The position numbers and the translations under genes were made by a program. DNA of 64,000 nucleotides, taken from NCBI GenBank assembly GCA_028023455.1, contig JAQFVV010000002.1, forward strand, positions 11,036,001 to 11,100,000, in the 5' to 3' direction. The notes beneath the pieces were generated by a model. The model was not told where the DNA came from, made no database searches, and was given only the letters and a program-made list of their open reading frames with translations. This stretch comes from Epiperipatus broadwayi (Eukaryota > Animalia > Onychophora). Of this stretch, positions 13,573 through 25,774 are shown in pieces. Position 1 is the stretch's first letter. Each line of letters begins with the position of its first letter.

Positions 13573-13988
13573 TAAATATATACTATATAATTTTCCATTA
13601 ACTTATCATTAGACAGTTATTAGTTAAATTAATTGATGTTTTATATATATTCATATAATTATTTTTTGGTAATTAATGTAATTGGTTTCATATATCTTCC
13701 TTCTATTGGATTCCTTAATATAGTTTAAAGATTTTATATTTTTTACATGAAACCAATTACATTAATTATAACAAAAAAAAATTGTATGAATATGTATAAA
13801 ACATCAATTAATTTAATTAATAAGTGGCAAACGATAAATGAATGGAAAATTATATAATATATATTTATATAGGTTTTTTCTGCCTTGTACATATTGTATT
13901 ATTGTTATAATAGGTTATAGTTAATTTTATATAAAAGCAATAGATGTCATTATGTATGCAATGTAGATTGTAATTTTAAAATAGTTCC

Positions 13989-14041
13989 AACACATTGAAG
14001 AGAGCAAACATTAATATTTGCTGAAAAAGCTTTTATGTATT
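13989..14041 (+). ncRNA. Hammerhead-like motif (U3 variant) in the outer palindrome (mirror 12885-12936 on minus)
   Basis: AACACA-UUGAAGA-G AGCAAA cauuaaua UUUGCU-GAAA-AAGCUUU-U-A-UGUAUU: 6-bp stem II, stem I 5 of 6 pairs. C3 is U in both arms. Confidence 0.45.
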
Positions 14042-14171
14042 ATTAATGTTAATATAAATATTATATTATATCAAATGATTTATTTATATATAAGTAAAAG
14101 CAGCTTAATAGATTAAACTTCATTCCATTTTGATGATTGTTTAATATATTATTTTATATAGAACTTTTTAT

Positions 14172-14255
14172 AAGATGGCACTGAGAATTGTGGGTCATGC
14201 AAAAGTCTGAGTTTGAATCCCGCATATATTACATATATAAATGCAGATGTTAAGC
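14172..14255 (+). mobile_element. tRNA-like SINE fragment related to the 13080-13572 arms
   Basis: gggtcatgcaaaagtctgagtttgaatccc (B-box-like at 14209-14220) matches gggtcatgtgaaagtctgtgctcatataccc in the 13.5 kb arm. Confidence 0.55.
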
Positions 14256-14370
14256 CTTACAATGTATAGAACTTTTTAATAACGATTATTCATTACAATT
14301 CTGATAAAATTTTCATAATCATGAGAAAGAAATTATTAGGACAATTTTAAACTTTGCCTTTTTTAAATTA

Positions 14371-14630
14371 AACTACTAAACATCACATGATCACCATTTC
14401 TTATTCTTGCACATAACTGTTATTCAAACAGGCAAAACTCTCCATACAATAGTGCTAATCAGTGCCAGCCAGAATAATCAATGGATGCCAGAAGGCCTCA
14501 AGCCAGAAACTAGTCTGGGGATATTGGATGAATAAGCACTAAATGGGGATTTTATGCACAAGCCTTCTGGTATCCGTTGATTACTCTGGCTGGCACTGAC
14601 TGGCACTACTGTATGGACATTTTTGTCTGT
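14371..14630. mobile_element. Family-1 inverted dimer with ~56-nt left tail
   Basis: Arms join at a shared gaaggc. Direct repeat tttaaatta at 14362-70 and 14630-38. Only the 3' half of the hammerhead motif is retained. Confidence 0.8.
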
Positions 14631-14699
14631 TTAAATTATGATAAGAGTAAATTTGTCTTTTTGTACAAAGTAATTGCAGTTGCAATTATAGATTACTTT

Positions 14700-17110
14700 T
14701 GAGTAAAAGAAGATTGCATAAAAGGATAAAGAACTGTTTAATATTAAATAGGGCATCGTTGGAAATTGTGAAATTAGAAGCAAAGAAGAAGAGATAATAT
14801 ATTTAAAAAGAGGACATTTACTATAGGCAAAAATATTAGAAACACAGGTGGTAGGATTTATTAAAAAATAAAAACTGAAAGAATAAGATTGTGGGATTGT
14901 AGTGCAACAGACAGAGTGACAAAATCAATTATTCAACTTAATGAAAGATAATAAATGCAGCTAATTCAGGTTTATGCCTGAATAAGTTCTCAGAAGTAGA
15001 GGTTTTTATATGGATATAAAAAGAGCTTTTGATCAGGTCACATAACATTTATAAATTACCATGTGAGACTTTAATGCAGGATTGGTAAAGAATTGAAAGA
15101 TGAAAGTACTGAAGGCAAATTTAGTTAATTGTGATAGAAATGAGAGAAGTCATAGACTTGTGGAGCTTGCAGAAAAAGTAAAAATTTGTATTATGAATTC
15201 TTTTTTTGAGAAGAATGTTAAATGGAAATAAATGAACATGAAAGCATTCAAATGAAGGTACAACAGAATTGGATTAAATTTTAATTAACAAAAATATGTC
15301 TTTTAAGATTCTAATGTTTTTAATGAATTCAACATAGAAAATAATCATTGATGAATGAGATATAAGATATACATTAATGCAAAACTAAATAAAAACTATT
15401 AAGAAAATAGTATTCACAATTGATATTCTAAATCTTTAGAAAGATTCCAATAAATTTAATTTAACTTGCTAATAATTTTGAAATATTAACAGATTTTAAG
15501 GATTGATCAAAAAAAAAAAACTGATATAGTATTAAGAACTGCAACAAAAGTAACTGATACAAAAAAGTGACAATTGATCAGCAAAATTTCTACTGAGACA
15601 AGACAATTTAGAAAGAAAAAAAAAAGAATATGAAAAAATATAAAAGTGATTCATTAAGACAGATTGAATATCTAAAATTTTGCAAAATGATAAGAAAATA
15701 GTTGATGTTATAAAAAATAAATAATTGTGAATTAAACCTATAAAGGATAATAAAGGTATCAAATGTTGTAAACCATCTTGGTATTGGTAGAAAAATTATT
15801 TCTGCAATAAGAAAAAAAGGTGGAACTATTACTAAAAAGTGAAATGATATCATGAAATGTGTGTAAGTGTTCTATAAAGAATTAAATAGCGATAAAAAAC
15901 AAAAAAAGGATCCCCTACAATTACTACATTTTTTGAATTGCCCAGGAATTTAAGTGAAGAAGTGAGACACACAATTAAACATATGAAGAAAGGAATTCAT
16001 TTGTGTAATGATAGAATTATGCACTACTAGTATTGATATTTAAAAAGATGTTAAAGAAAACATTAAAAATTGCAGGCCATACTAGAAAGTACAAACCTAT
16101 CAATCTTTTATTAGTTTTATACAATTTTTTTTTATCAAGATAATTACAACCCATTCTTAGTGAATTTCCATTTTAGCCAACCCAAAGGCCAAGTTGGATT
16201 GAACAGTATTTTTAGTAGACTGAATCAAATCTAATCAATATGAGTTGCCATTATTCTTTGACTTTGTAGATTATGAAAAGTCATTTGATTCTTTAAATAT
16301 TTCTTCAGCGATTAAAGCATTGGCTCATCAAAATATAGATTCAGCATATTTCCACATTCTTAAGAATATTTATCAAAATGCAACAGCAATATTTAGATTA
16401 TATAGTGGTAAAGGGTGTACAATAGGATGATTCCATATCACCAAAACTCAGTTTTGCAAAAATATTTTGTGAATTATAATGGGAAGCTAAGGGAGAAAAA
16501 ATAAATAGAGATTATTTAAGTCATTTAAATTTTGCAGATAATGTAATTGTTTTGGGAGCAATATTTCAGAGCTGAAGAAATATTGTTTAGTTATCAGATG
16601 AAAGTAAGAAATTAGAATTAATGACAAATGTTAAAAAGATTAGAATAATGTTCAATGGATTTCCTCAAAAGAAGAAAATAAAAAAATAATAGAAAGTTGA
16701 ATTAAAAGTTAACAACTAGAGATACTTTGGTAAGATTATTTATAGAGCTGGAAACATAATGGATAATATTAATCATAGAATTAAACTTGGATGGAATGCT
16801 TTAGGTAGAAATAACTTAATACTAAAAGAAAATATGCCTATGTGTTTGAAAAGGAAGGTTTTAATAAATGTGTTTTAACAGTACTTACTTCTGGATTTGA
16901 ATCTTCCACACTTAAAAAATGGCAATTAGGAGATTTCAGACCACTCAACAAAATATGGAGAGATGTATGTTAGGAATATCAAGAAGAGATTGAAAATAAA
17001 ATATATGGGTGACAGAACAAACAAATATTACTGATATCATTAAAAGAATTCAGAGACTGAAGTGGATATGGGCCAGATATATTGTTAGAAAAGATGATAG
17101 AAGATGGTCA
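14700..17110 (+). mobile_element. Decayed RTE LINE (endonuclease + RT), 3' end lost
   Basis: Endonuclease-like MQLIQVYA at ~14955, FVDYEKSFDS at ~16265 and FADN at ~16530. Collinear with the young copy until ~17110. Confidence 0.85.
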
Positions 17111-17630
17111 GCTTCTGATGATACAAGGATTTTTTCCCCTAAAAGTAAGGCATCTTCATAGTATCTTTTCAATAGACAGGTATTATCCACCAGTTAGGAA
17201 TAGGATCACATAATTATGTTAAGAAGGTCAGTATACACTAGAATGTTCATCTTTCTATATGGCTTTCTTTGATAAACTTATTTATCAACATTCTGCTCAT
17301 GCAATATTTTGCACCCCACATTTTTTTTAGGATAGAACTTCAACTGAAACTCTTTCTCATCTACATTTCTTTTAAGAAGCACTTGAGTTTTAATAAATGG
17401 CTTTTTGAACATAACCTGTTTTTCTCTCTGGAAAAATATCTATTAAATCTATCTTGTCTAAAAACTCTTCTAAAGGCAGCTAACTTTTTATTTTTTAAAA
17501 TCCTACTTTTTATAGCCACATTAAAAAGAACATTTAAGCCATCTGCTTTTGTTTTTCTTTATCTTAATTTTTTCCCTCAGTTTAACTATCCGACAAGTTT
17601 TCTAAATAATAGAATGACAAAAATGTAATA
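17110..17630 (-). mobile_element. Possible decayed Penelope-like GIY-YIG 3' fragment
   Basis: Minus-strand GAKYCMSRMLINKFIKESH loosely matches C.xYIGxTxRxLxxRIxEH. A degenerate augaagau-gccuu..aggg-gaaa follows. Confidence 0.25.
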
Positions 17631-17664
17631 GGAAATTGAAAAAAATAAATGATCTAATTATTAC

Positions 17665-17748
17665 TTGTCAAGCGTTGTTAGCCGGTTGTAGACGGTGTTG
17701 CGGTTCGCCTCCCAGCCGATGCTATGACATATGTAAAAAAAAAAAATT
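17665..17748 (+). mobile_element. 5'-truncated SINE-like insertion with poly(A) and 13-bp TSD
   Basis: atctaattattac at 17652-17664 and 17749-17761. Contains ggttcgcctccc and ccgatgctatgaca as in the 6751 copy. Confidence 0.7.
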
Positions 17749-18042
17749 ATCTAATTATTACCTTTGAAATCAGTATAACTTTGTTAAAAGAAAAACATTT
17801 TTTTTTTCTCAAACAAAAAGAAAAAAATTTTAAGTAACAATTTATTAACAATTTTTACTTTCTAAATTTCTAATTAAATTTCACATTTTCTAATAAATTA
17901 AAAAAAAAAAAAAAATTTAACTTTAGACTGATAAAACTATATATATATTGTTTTCTTTAAATCACAGACAACAAAAAATAAAGTTCTGAGTAATAAATTT
18001 TTATTACATTAATCAATAATTTATAAATACCAATATGTTTAT

Positions 18043-18810
18043 CATCATTATCATTTTCAATTATTATCAATCCACTGTAGAATGAAGATCTCTCCAAGTT
18101 CAATCCATCTTCTCCGATCTCTAATTTCTCTTTTCCATGTTACTCAACACATTTCTTTATTTAATCCATCTATATCACATGTGGTTTCTTTCTAGGTTTT
18201 TTAGATCTCTTGGAATCGTTTAAGATTTCAACTGTCTATCTATTATCATCTAGTCTAGAAATATGTCCAGTCCAACTTCAGTCTTTTAATTCTTTCAATG
18301 ATGTCAGTAACACCTGCTTGTTATCTCACTCATGTATTTCATTTTTAATCTCTTCTTATTACTCCTAACATGCATTTATCCATACTTTGTTGATTGATCT
18401 GAAATCTCTATTCTGTTAACCAAGTCTCAGATCTATAAATAAGAACTGCTAACACTCATTTATTAAAAACTTTCCTTTTGAAATACTTAGGCATGTTTCC
18501 TTTTAATATTAAGTTATTTCTACCAAAAGCATATCAACCAAGTTTAATTCTATGATTCATTTTGGCCACTATAACTTTCGTCCGTAATAATAATCTGACC
18601 AAGGTATTTGTAGTTGTTAACTTTTTCTAATTCATTATTCTCAATCTTTATTTATTTAATTTTTCAAAAATCCATTGATCATTACTTTAGTCTTTTTTAA
18701 CATTTACATTTAATCCTAATTTCTTACTTTGATCTGATAACTATTGCAACATTTCTTGAAGCTCCAAAACATTATTCATCTGCAAAATCTTGATAGCTTA
18801 AATAATCTGG
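18043..18810 (-). mobile_element. 5'-truncated RTE LINE, antisense
   Basis: Reverse complement of the RTE 3' end (atcaatccactgtagaatgaag... to the DFADE region at ~18790). Confidence 0.85.
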
Positions 18811-19705
18811 CAATTGAGAGAGGCCATAGCATTATATTGCCCACTAAACTACAGATTGATGAAAGAAAGAAAATAGGAAATTAATTTGTAAATTTTTCAT
18901 CATTATGTATATATATTTAAACTATTGTAGTATTTTATTTTTACTTCTATATTATTTTTGATATGTTACTTTTTATTTGATATTGAACAGTGTAAATTTT
19001 TATTTTAAGAAGATATCTTGTATATAATTAACAATTGATTTTGTGCAGAATATTCTTATAGAATTAAACAATATGAGATCTAGCTAATGCAAGGATAATT
19101 TGCTCAAGGGATTTATTCATTATATAAGGGTAGTTAAATGTATCTGTATATAATACAATTTGATTTTGAATATGCTTCAAACTTCTTTGTCATCTTGCTT
19201 AATTATGTCATTAAATTGTTATTCTAAAATTAGATAAAACATTAGTTATGTCCATTCTTTATTCAACCATCAACCTGTCTGCACAACATGCAGATTACTG
19301 ATATTTGTTACTGTAGGTAATCTAATATATAGAAAAGAATGCAAAGGGCTTCCAAGTTGTGATATACTGCAGATAACTTATTAAAATAGAACAAATATGT
19401 AAGGAGCTATAAGCATAGACAAAGCAATCTTCTGAATCCAGAAAGTAGTGCAAGAAGGCAAAAAATAAATTTTAATCTCATAAAAAATGAGGCTGATTTT
19501 TGTTAATCGATATTATTTACATCGTCATTCCAGAGAACAAAATAGAAATGATTACTGTTAGTAAAATATAACCAATTTATTATAATTACTTTATTGAGTA
19601 ATAAAACTATGTAAAACAACGATAATGGTAAGTTCTGATAATGATCTAGTTACTGATCAATATTGTGGCTAGACAAATTTAATTTTTGTTATATGCTCAA
19701 ATAGG

Positions 19706-19997
19706 AATCTATTTCACAGAACAATCATGTCAGAATATGTTATTAGAATATACTACAAGCAGATCACAAAGATTCATTTTTGAAAATAAACTTGTAAATA
19801 TGCCAATATTTTTGTAATTTCAATGTCAATTTATTTTGTTAGATAAAAGAAGATGGTCTTCTATCTGACAAATTAGATTGGCATTAATATTACAAAAAGT
19901 GGGCATATTTACATATTTATTTTTAAAAATGATTATTTGGATCTGCTTGTAGTGTATCTTAGCAGTGAATTTGGATATGTTTGTTCTGTGAAATACA
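19706..19997. repeat. Old diverged inverted repeat (~105-bp arms)
   Basis: tatttcacagaacaa...actacaagcagatc...tgtaaatatgcc at 19706-19812 is mirrored at 19893-19997. Confidence 0.6.
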
Positions 19998-20628
19998 TTT
20001 ATATGCTTACCATTATACTTAATCAGCCATAAAATCATTTACATTTTGTTTAAAATCATTGTTTAAATAAAAAGTCTCAGCAGGATATATAATCAATTTG
20101 TATCAGATACACAATGGTAAACCAGTGTATGGTTACGTACTGTATACATTATTATGTGGATCTTCTGATCATCATTATTAGTACTGAATTTTGTTTAGAA
20201 GTAAAAGCCTGGCATAATGTAAAACAACTGCCTTATTATTAATATTTGAATGCATTAGGCAAAACAAAAATAAAACCCTTTTAATGCACCTCTGTAACTT
20301 ACCAGTTGAATAAATGATTTTTTAAAGGTATTATTATTAGTAGTAAATATTTGATGCCAGTTAAAATATGAAAGTGTATACTGCTTTATATTGCAAATGG
20401 AGATCTTGGTTGCCAAAACTGTAGACAGTATGTTTGGAAACATGTATTGCAGGCTTAAAAATCTAATCACCAAAAACATTTCTTGTTTTTTTTTATATGT
20501 AAAAAATGTTTCCAATGTTTTAAAAAGTCATCTTTAAACCAAAAACTGAAACAAACATATTTTGACACAAAAAAAGTATAGAAATATATATATGTATAAA
20601 AAAAAATCAAATCTCTCATCAAATCCCA

Positions 20629-20687
20629 CCCCCCCCCCCCTTTTATTTTTTAGGACGAAACACCCGGGGGGGGGGGGGGGGGGGGGG
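20629..20687. repeat. C12 and G22 homopolymer tracts
   Basis: C run 20629-20640 and G run 20666-20687 within a short GC-rich fragment. Confidence 0.9.
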
Positions 20688-23069
20688 TGCCGACAAGGAA
20701 ATTTTAGTGCGGGCCTGGCCAAACATTTATCATAAAGCTTGTAGAGGAATTGGCAATCCTCACTGTTTATATATATGTATAAGTTATAAAATTATAAAAG
20801 TTATGACAAAGAATGTTACAATCATATAAGAATATAATAGGGGATGGATAGACATGGTATTAACAAACAAATAGATCAACATGTAACTATAATTAAACAA
20901 TATTATTACAAGCTTCAAGGCAAACATAGACAGAAAATTGTTTTTAAGTAGAATCTTCTATTCATTGATTATAAAAGTTTACAAATGTGACTTAGAAGTA
21001 ACCTTATGTGAAATAGATTATGTATTAATTGATTATTACATATTTTTATGTTATGAAGTCAATAATAGGTGGAAACAGGAATTAATTTTTTAAATTTTTT
21101 AGATAATTTGGGTAGTATGCCATGCATGATTTTTAGTTTTACTGCTAGGGAGTGCATAATTTAAAAGTTACTTTATTTTTTATAACATCAGAAAAATTCT
21201 ATACCAAAACAGCAGAAACTCCAACTGTTGCATTAACTGTATAATTTCATTCCTCATTGCAATTAAAATTATTATTGCATTTTCATTTACCATTGTCAAA
21301 CTTCCTCCACTCACAACTTTGATGCCATCGAAGCAGTAATAGAGTGACAGTTTCTGAGCTCAAGATTCATGAATCTTGGACCGGTTTGATTACTTCCAAC
21401 ACCTTTGAGCAATAAAACTATTAAGTTATTTTGAAATTATCAATTGTTTAATTGTTATCATACTCTTTTATTATCTGTTTAATTTAAGAAGTATCTCTAA
21501 TTCATTTGATGACTGAATCAGAATATCATGTCCATGTACAGCTGTGTCATAGGAAAACTCTTTAAATCCTAATCAATATATTTTTTTATCAAACAATGCA
21601 CTTTCTACAATATTCTAGTATTGCATTAAACTGCTTTTTTATTTGCATAATAATATTAAAAAACAAACTGAGATATTATTTTATGTAAAATGTTTTCATC
21701 AGTTGTATTTATATTGAATCTAATATTATATTTCTAATTAATTCGTAGGAATTAAAGCAAAATAGTTAGCATTGACATATGTTTCATGACCAGTATTGCA
21801 TTAAACTGATGCATGGACTACTTTTCCCAAAAGCATTGTTATATAAAATATATTTTTATTGTTGAGAATACTAATAGTCTTTTCCATTTTCTATATTTTT
21901 CCACTAGTCTTAAATTTAATGACCTAAATCATGATGATTGTGTGACTTTTTTTTTGTTTATCAAATCCAAAATGCTATCAAACTATGCTATATCTATTTT
22001 TCATCAGGGGAATTTTTATATATTTTGTCTCTTAAATATATGAACCTATGTATTATCATATCAATAGCTTATATTTCTGATTCATGTTCTAAAATAATAT
22101 TACCTGCTGAATCTTTCTCAGTTGTAAACTTTTATATTTTTATTTTTTAAAATAATTTGAGCATTAACACAGCTAATTTGTAATTTCTAAATATAATTTA
22201 CCTTTTAATATTATCAATATCTGAATTGAATTTCTGCTAAGAAAAGTGGTAAACCTAAGGTTTCTGGACTCAAAAAAGAGTCGTTTTAATTAGATGAAAA
22301 TAAAATTGTTCGGGTATTTGAATGTCTCATTTTTCCAAGAAATAAACATGTGATTATTTATTGCAAATTGTATCACTACTTTGGTTATACTAATGAGAAA
22401 ATAAGAAATTTGAAAACTAAAAAGAATTACAAATTTCATAATCTCTTAAATACAATACGAGTTGTTTTTCATTTTAGATAAATAAGTCTAAACATTTTCA
22501 TTTTTAATATTTCTTTGATTGTGTACAAATTGATTTATAAGATTACTTTGATGTGATTCTCCAAAATTATTTGTTTGCTTTTTTGCTGAGACAATATCCT
22601 TGTCAAATGTTATTTGAAAGAGAAATCAGTGGCGTCTGTGTTTACACATAAAGTTTATGGTGGCAAATATCTGCACTCTGAAGACTCTTTATAAAATGTT
22701 AAATTGTAGTTATTTTTCTTTTTTAAAAAAATTTCTATTTTTAATATAAAAAAAAAACTTAAATTTTATTACTTTGATATTTTCTTTACTTTTTTAATTA
22801 GTTTTATATTTAATCCTCAAGATAGTCTTGTGTAAAGAAAAAGGAGAGATTTAATCTTTAATTTTGTATTCTCAAAATTAGAAAAAAAGAAACCGATTAA
22901 TTAAGAAATTCTCTTTTAGAATGTTAATTTAAAAGAAATAAACAACAACTACAAAAAAATCCCATAAAAAAGCATAGTTTATATAAAAATGGTAATCAAA
23001 TGGATAAAAGATAGAATATGTTATAAAACAAATCAATAAATTCATTTTTAAAGATATAAAATTATTGCT

Positions 23070-23500
23070 AAATATATTTGTTGAAGGGTTAGTTTCTTAA
23101 AGAATATATTATGCATTTCTCATCCATAATGAGTGCTACAGCAAATTACTAGTATGCTTTGTTTTATTATCAATAGATTGAAATTCATGTGATCAAAACA
23201 AGTTATATTGGGGACTTTAACTTTCATTTTAAGAATATATATAATACTCAGTTGCTAGTCAATATTGGATATCCAACTATTTTAATTTTGGGTCGATTAT
23301 CTGAAAAACTCCATAACTTTAAAAGAAAATCCACAGCTATCTAGAAAATAGACTTTACACTACAACCATAGATATAGCAGATAGCTATCATTAGATCTTC
23401 ACCATATGGTTTTTAAAATTATGTTATTGAAAGGAATTTGACATAGATCTGTGCAGTTTAATATAATAGTAGAGGGAAAGATACAAGATTTAGTAAAGAT
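23070..23500 (+). mobile_element. Possible heavily decayed piggyBac-like transposase fragment
   Basis: Ordered degenerate motifs LKG*FLKEYI, CD..., and DSYH.SSP..F...ERN...CAV resemble FKGR..KQY / CD / DNxYSSP of PGBD transposases; frameshifts are needed. Confidence 0.25.
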
Positions 23501-24209
23501 ATCCTGGATTGAAGTTTAATCTTTATTTTTTAGTGCTTGAACATCATATTGATTTCTAAGTGACTAATAATTCAATTATTTATTTACATATTTAAATTTG
23601 CATAAAAATCTATACTTTTTGACCTTATAAATAATTTTAAAAATAATAATAATGACATTAAAATATTTATTTTATGATCTTATACTTTAGATATAATAAA
23701 CAAGGAATAAATAAATATATAATTATAAAACTGTTTCATACTGCATTGCAAATATATATTTGAAGAATATTATATTTCACAAATATTTTTTTTTATGAAG
23801 AAGATACAGAGAAAAGACAATCAGGTAGTCATATTATTAAATTAGAAATTAATTTGGAGTCCACTCTTAACTATTCTTCTAAACTAATGATTGATGTATT
23901 AAACCAATTTTTAAAAAAACTCATGCTAGCTGATTTTTTTTTTAAAATCATTCTCCTAATATTTTAATTAAAAAATTAAATTGATTAGTAAAGCATCATT
24001 TAAGACAGTGTAAATTTAATTAGATTATCTCTCTCAATGCATTTTAGTCATATACCTATGACTTCATAATAAATGCAATGAGATTATCTTTTCATAATCC
24101 CTCAATAATAAACAGATTAAAATGTTTTTTAAAATAATATTTTATTTTAAGACTTTTTTAATAATATAATATAATTCTTTGATTGCTCTTATTTTAAAAA
24201 AATTAACAA

Positions 24210-24368
24210 CAGTAACGATCTCGCCATACAGTAGTGCTGATCATGTGATGTTTTTTTAATGATTTTCTAAAAAAATTAAATGAGAAATCCAAAACATTGC
24301 AATTTTTTTTAAAATTCATTGTTGAATTATTGCTACATTTTCTATTAATATGGCAAAATCGTTAATCT
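24210..24368. repeat. Small relic related to family-1 3' ends
   Basis: ccatacagtagtgc is fused to tgatcatgtgatgttt (both family-1 terminal words). The ends cagtaacgatctcgccata and tatggcaaaatcgttaatctg are imperfectly inverted. Confidence 0.45.
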
Positions 24369-24789
24369 GGGAATTTAAAAAAAAAAAAACACTTTCCAGT
24401 TCTGAATTACCTTTTCAAGCCTTCCATGTGAACAGCAGATCCTTCAGTACTTGAAATAAGTTGCAGATTAGTTTAATCTTCATAATGTACTCAACAAAAC
24501 CTTTTCATATTTTTTTGTGATTGAGCATTAATAGATAAAGATAAATAAGATCAGCAATAGAAAAACATGATATTTATAAAAAAGATTTAACTTGCTATAA
24601 TAATAGAAATAAATACCAACCTTGTGAATCAAAGACAAAATAAATTAATAATATAACTTCTTTTAACTACATTGGTTGTATGTAAGCCTATTATTCTGCT
24701 ACATGTATTGTATGGAATTCAATTAACAATATTCTATAATATTCTGAAGTATGATAGTTAAATCATTACCAACAGTATTTTGTCAAATG

Positions 24790-24960
24790 GACAGATCCAG
24801 AGAGTAGTCACATAACCAATTCATTCATTTTTTTCATTCCATTTTCTTCCTGGTCCAGCTCTTCAATTTCATGTAACTTTTCCTATCTCTTATATTATCC
24901 AACAATGTCAATCTCTTCCATCCTTTCTTCTTGCACGTGCTGAATAGAATAGTAGAGATT
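24790..24960 (-). mobile_element. 3' fragment of an RTE-like LINE (other family)
   Basis: Minus ORF ends KKGWKRLTLLDNIRDRKSYMKLKSW, like the GRxR...LDNI...SY.xLK C-terminus of RTE ORFs. Confidence 0.45.
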
Positions 24961-25611
24961 TTATAAAGATATGTTTTCAATAGATTGTGGATAAAAAGAA
25001 AATAAATAACAATAACCTTTCTCAAATAAAAAAGTCATACCTCATTTACATTAAAATATATATCTTAAAGACATTTTGAACAAGTTGTATTATTGAATAC
25101 TTCTTAATTAGATATGATGTTGAAGTCTCAGGAGGAAAAATACTGCAGCAGAAGATAAAATTAACAGATTTAGTAATGAGTATGTGATGTTTGTGGATAT
25201 ACTTATATTTGCATTTCACAGACTGGTTTATATAATCCTTGCAAAATACATTTCAAACTTTTTTTCTTTCTTTTTCTGAAGATAGAATAGTTATATTCAT
25301 TTATTAATAATATGAAATAATTTATAATTAAGGTAATTTGAATAAGAATATTATTTATTTAAATAAAAATATCGATTATGGTTTTAAATGTTATGCTTTG
25401 ATCTAAATATATAAGTTTGTATTAGATTTAGATAAGAAAAGTCTTACTAATAATAGAACATATTCATATTATTAGGATCATTAATTTTTATTAAGTCTAT
25501 TATTAAATATTGAAATGCTATTTAGTTTTTAAATAGTAATGTAAAATAATGAGATTTTATTTCACTAGAAATAGATTGAGGTTTAAAAAGTAATCAAATG
25601 TATACCTTTAG

Positions 25612-25774
25612 GATGAAAATCTGGACTGTAGCTAATGGCAATTTGGTGGATACCATCGGTCATAGTGATGGCATTACTTGTGTTGCCATCACCCAGGATT
25701 CTCAGTTTGTTATTACTGGCTCTAAAGACATGTCACTGAAAGTCTGGGAAGTCAACACAGGAAAACTTACACAA
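25612..25774 (+). CDS. Internal coding exon of the same WD40-repeat gene
   Basis: Acceptor cctttAG at 25610-11, donor GTaaga at 25775. Reads (R)MKIWTVANGNLVDTIGHSDGITCVAITQDSQFVITGSKDMSLKVWEVNTGKLTQ, a clear GH...WD-type repeat. Phase 2 in, phase 0 out. Confidence 0.93.

Larger units (their letters stand above)
12858..14064. mobile_element. Large inverted-dimer element (arms ~330 bp) interrupted by the 13080-13572 insertion
   Basis: Removing 13080-13572 and one TSD copy makes ~12858-13690 the reverse complement of ~13746-14064. Outer limits approximate because of AT-rich low complexity. Confidence 0.75.

Noticed and set aside
25598-25611. ATG at 25598 as a start codon
   Set aside because: It lies upstream of the AG acceptor; the exon is internal and phase-matched to the previous exon.
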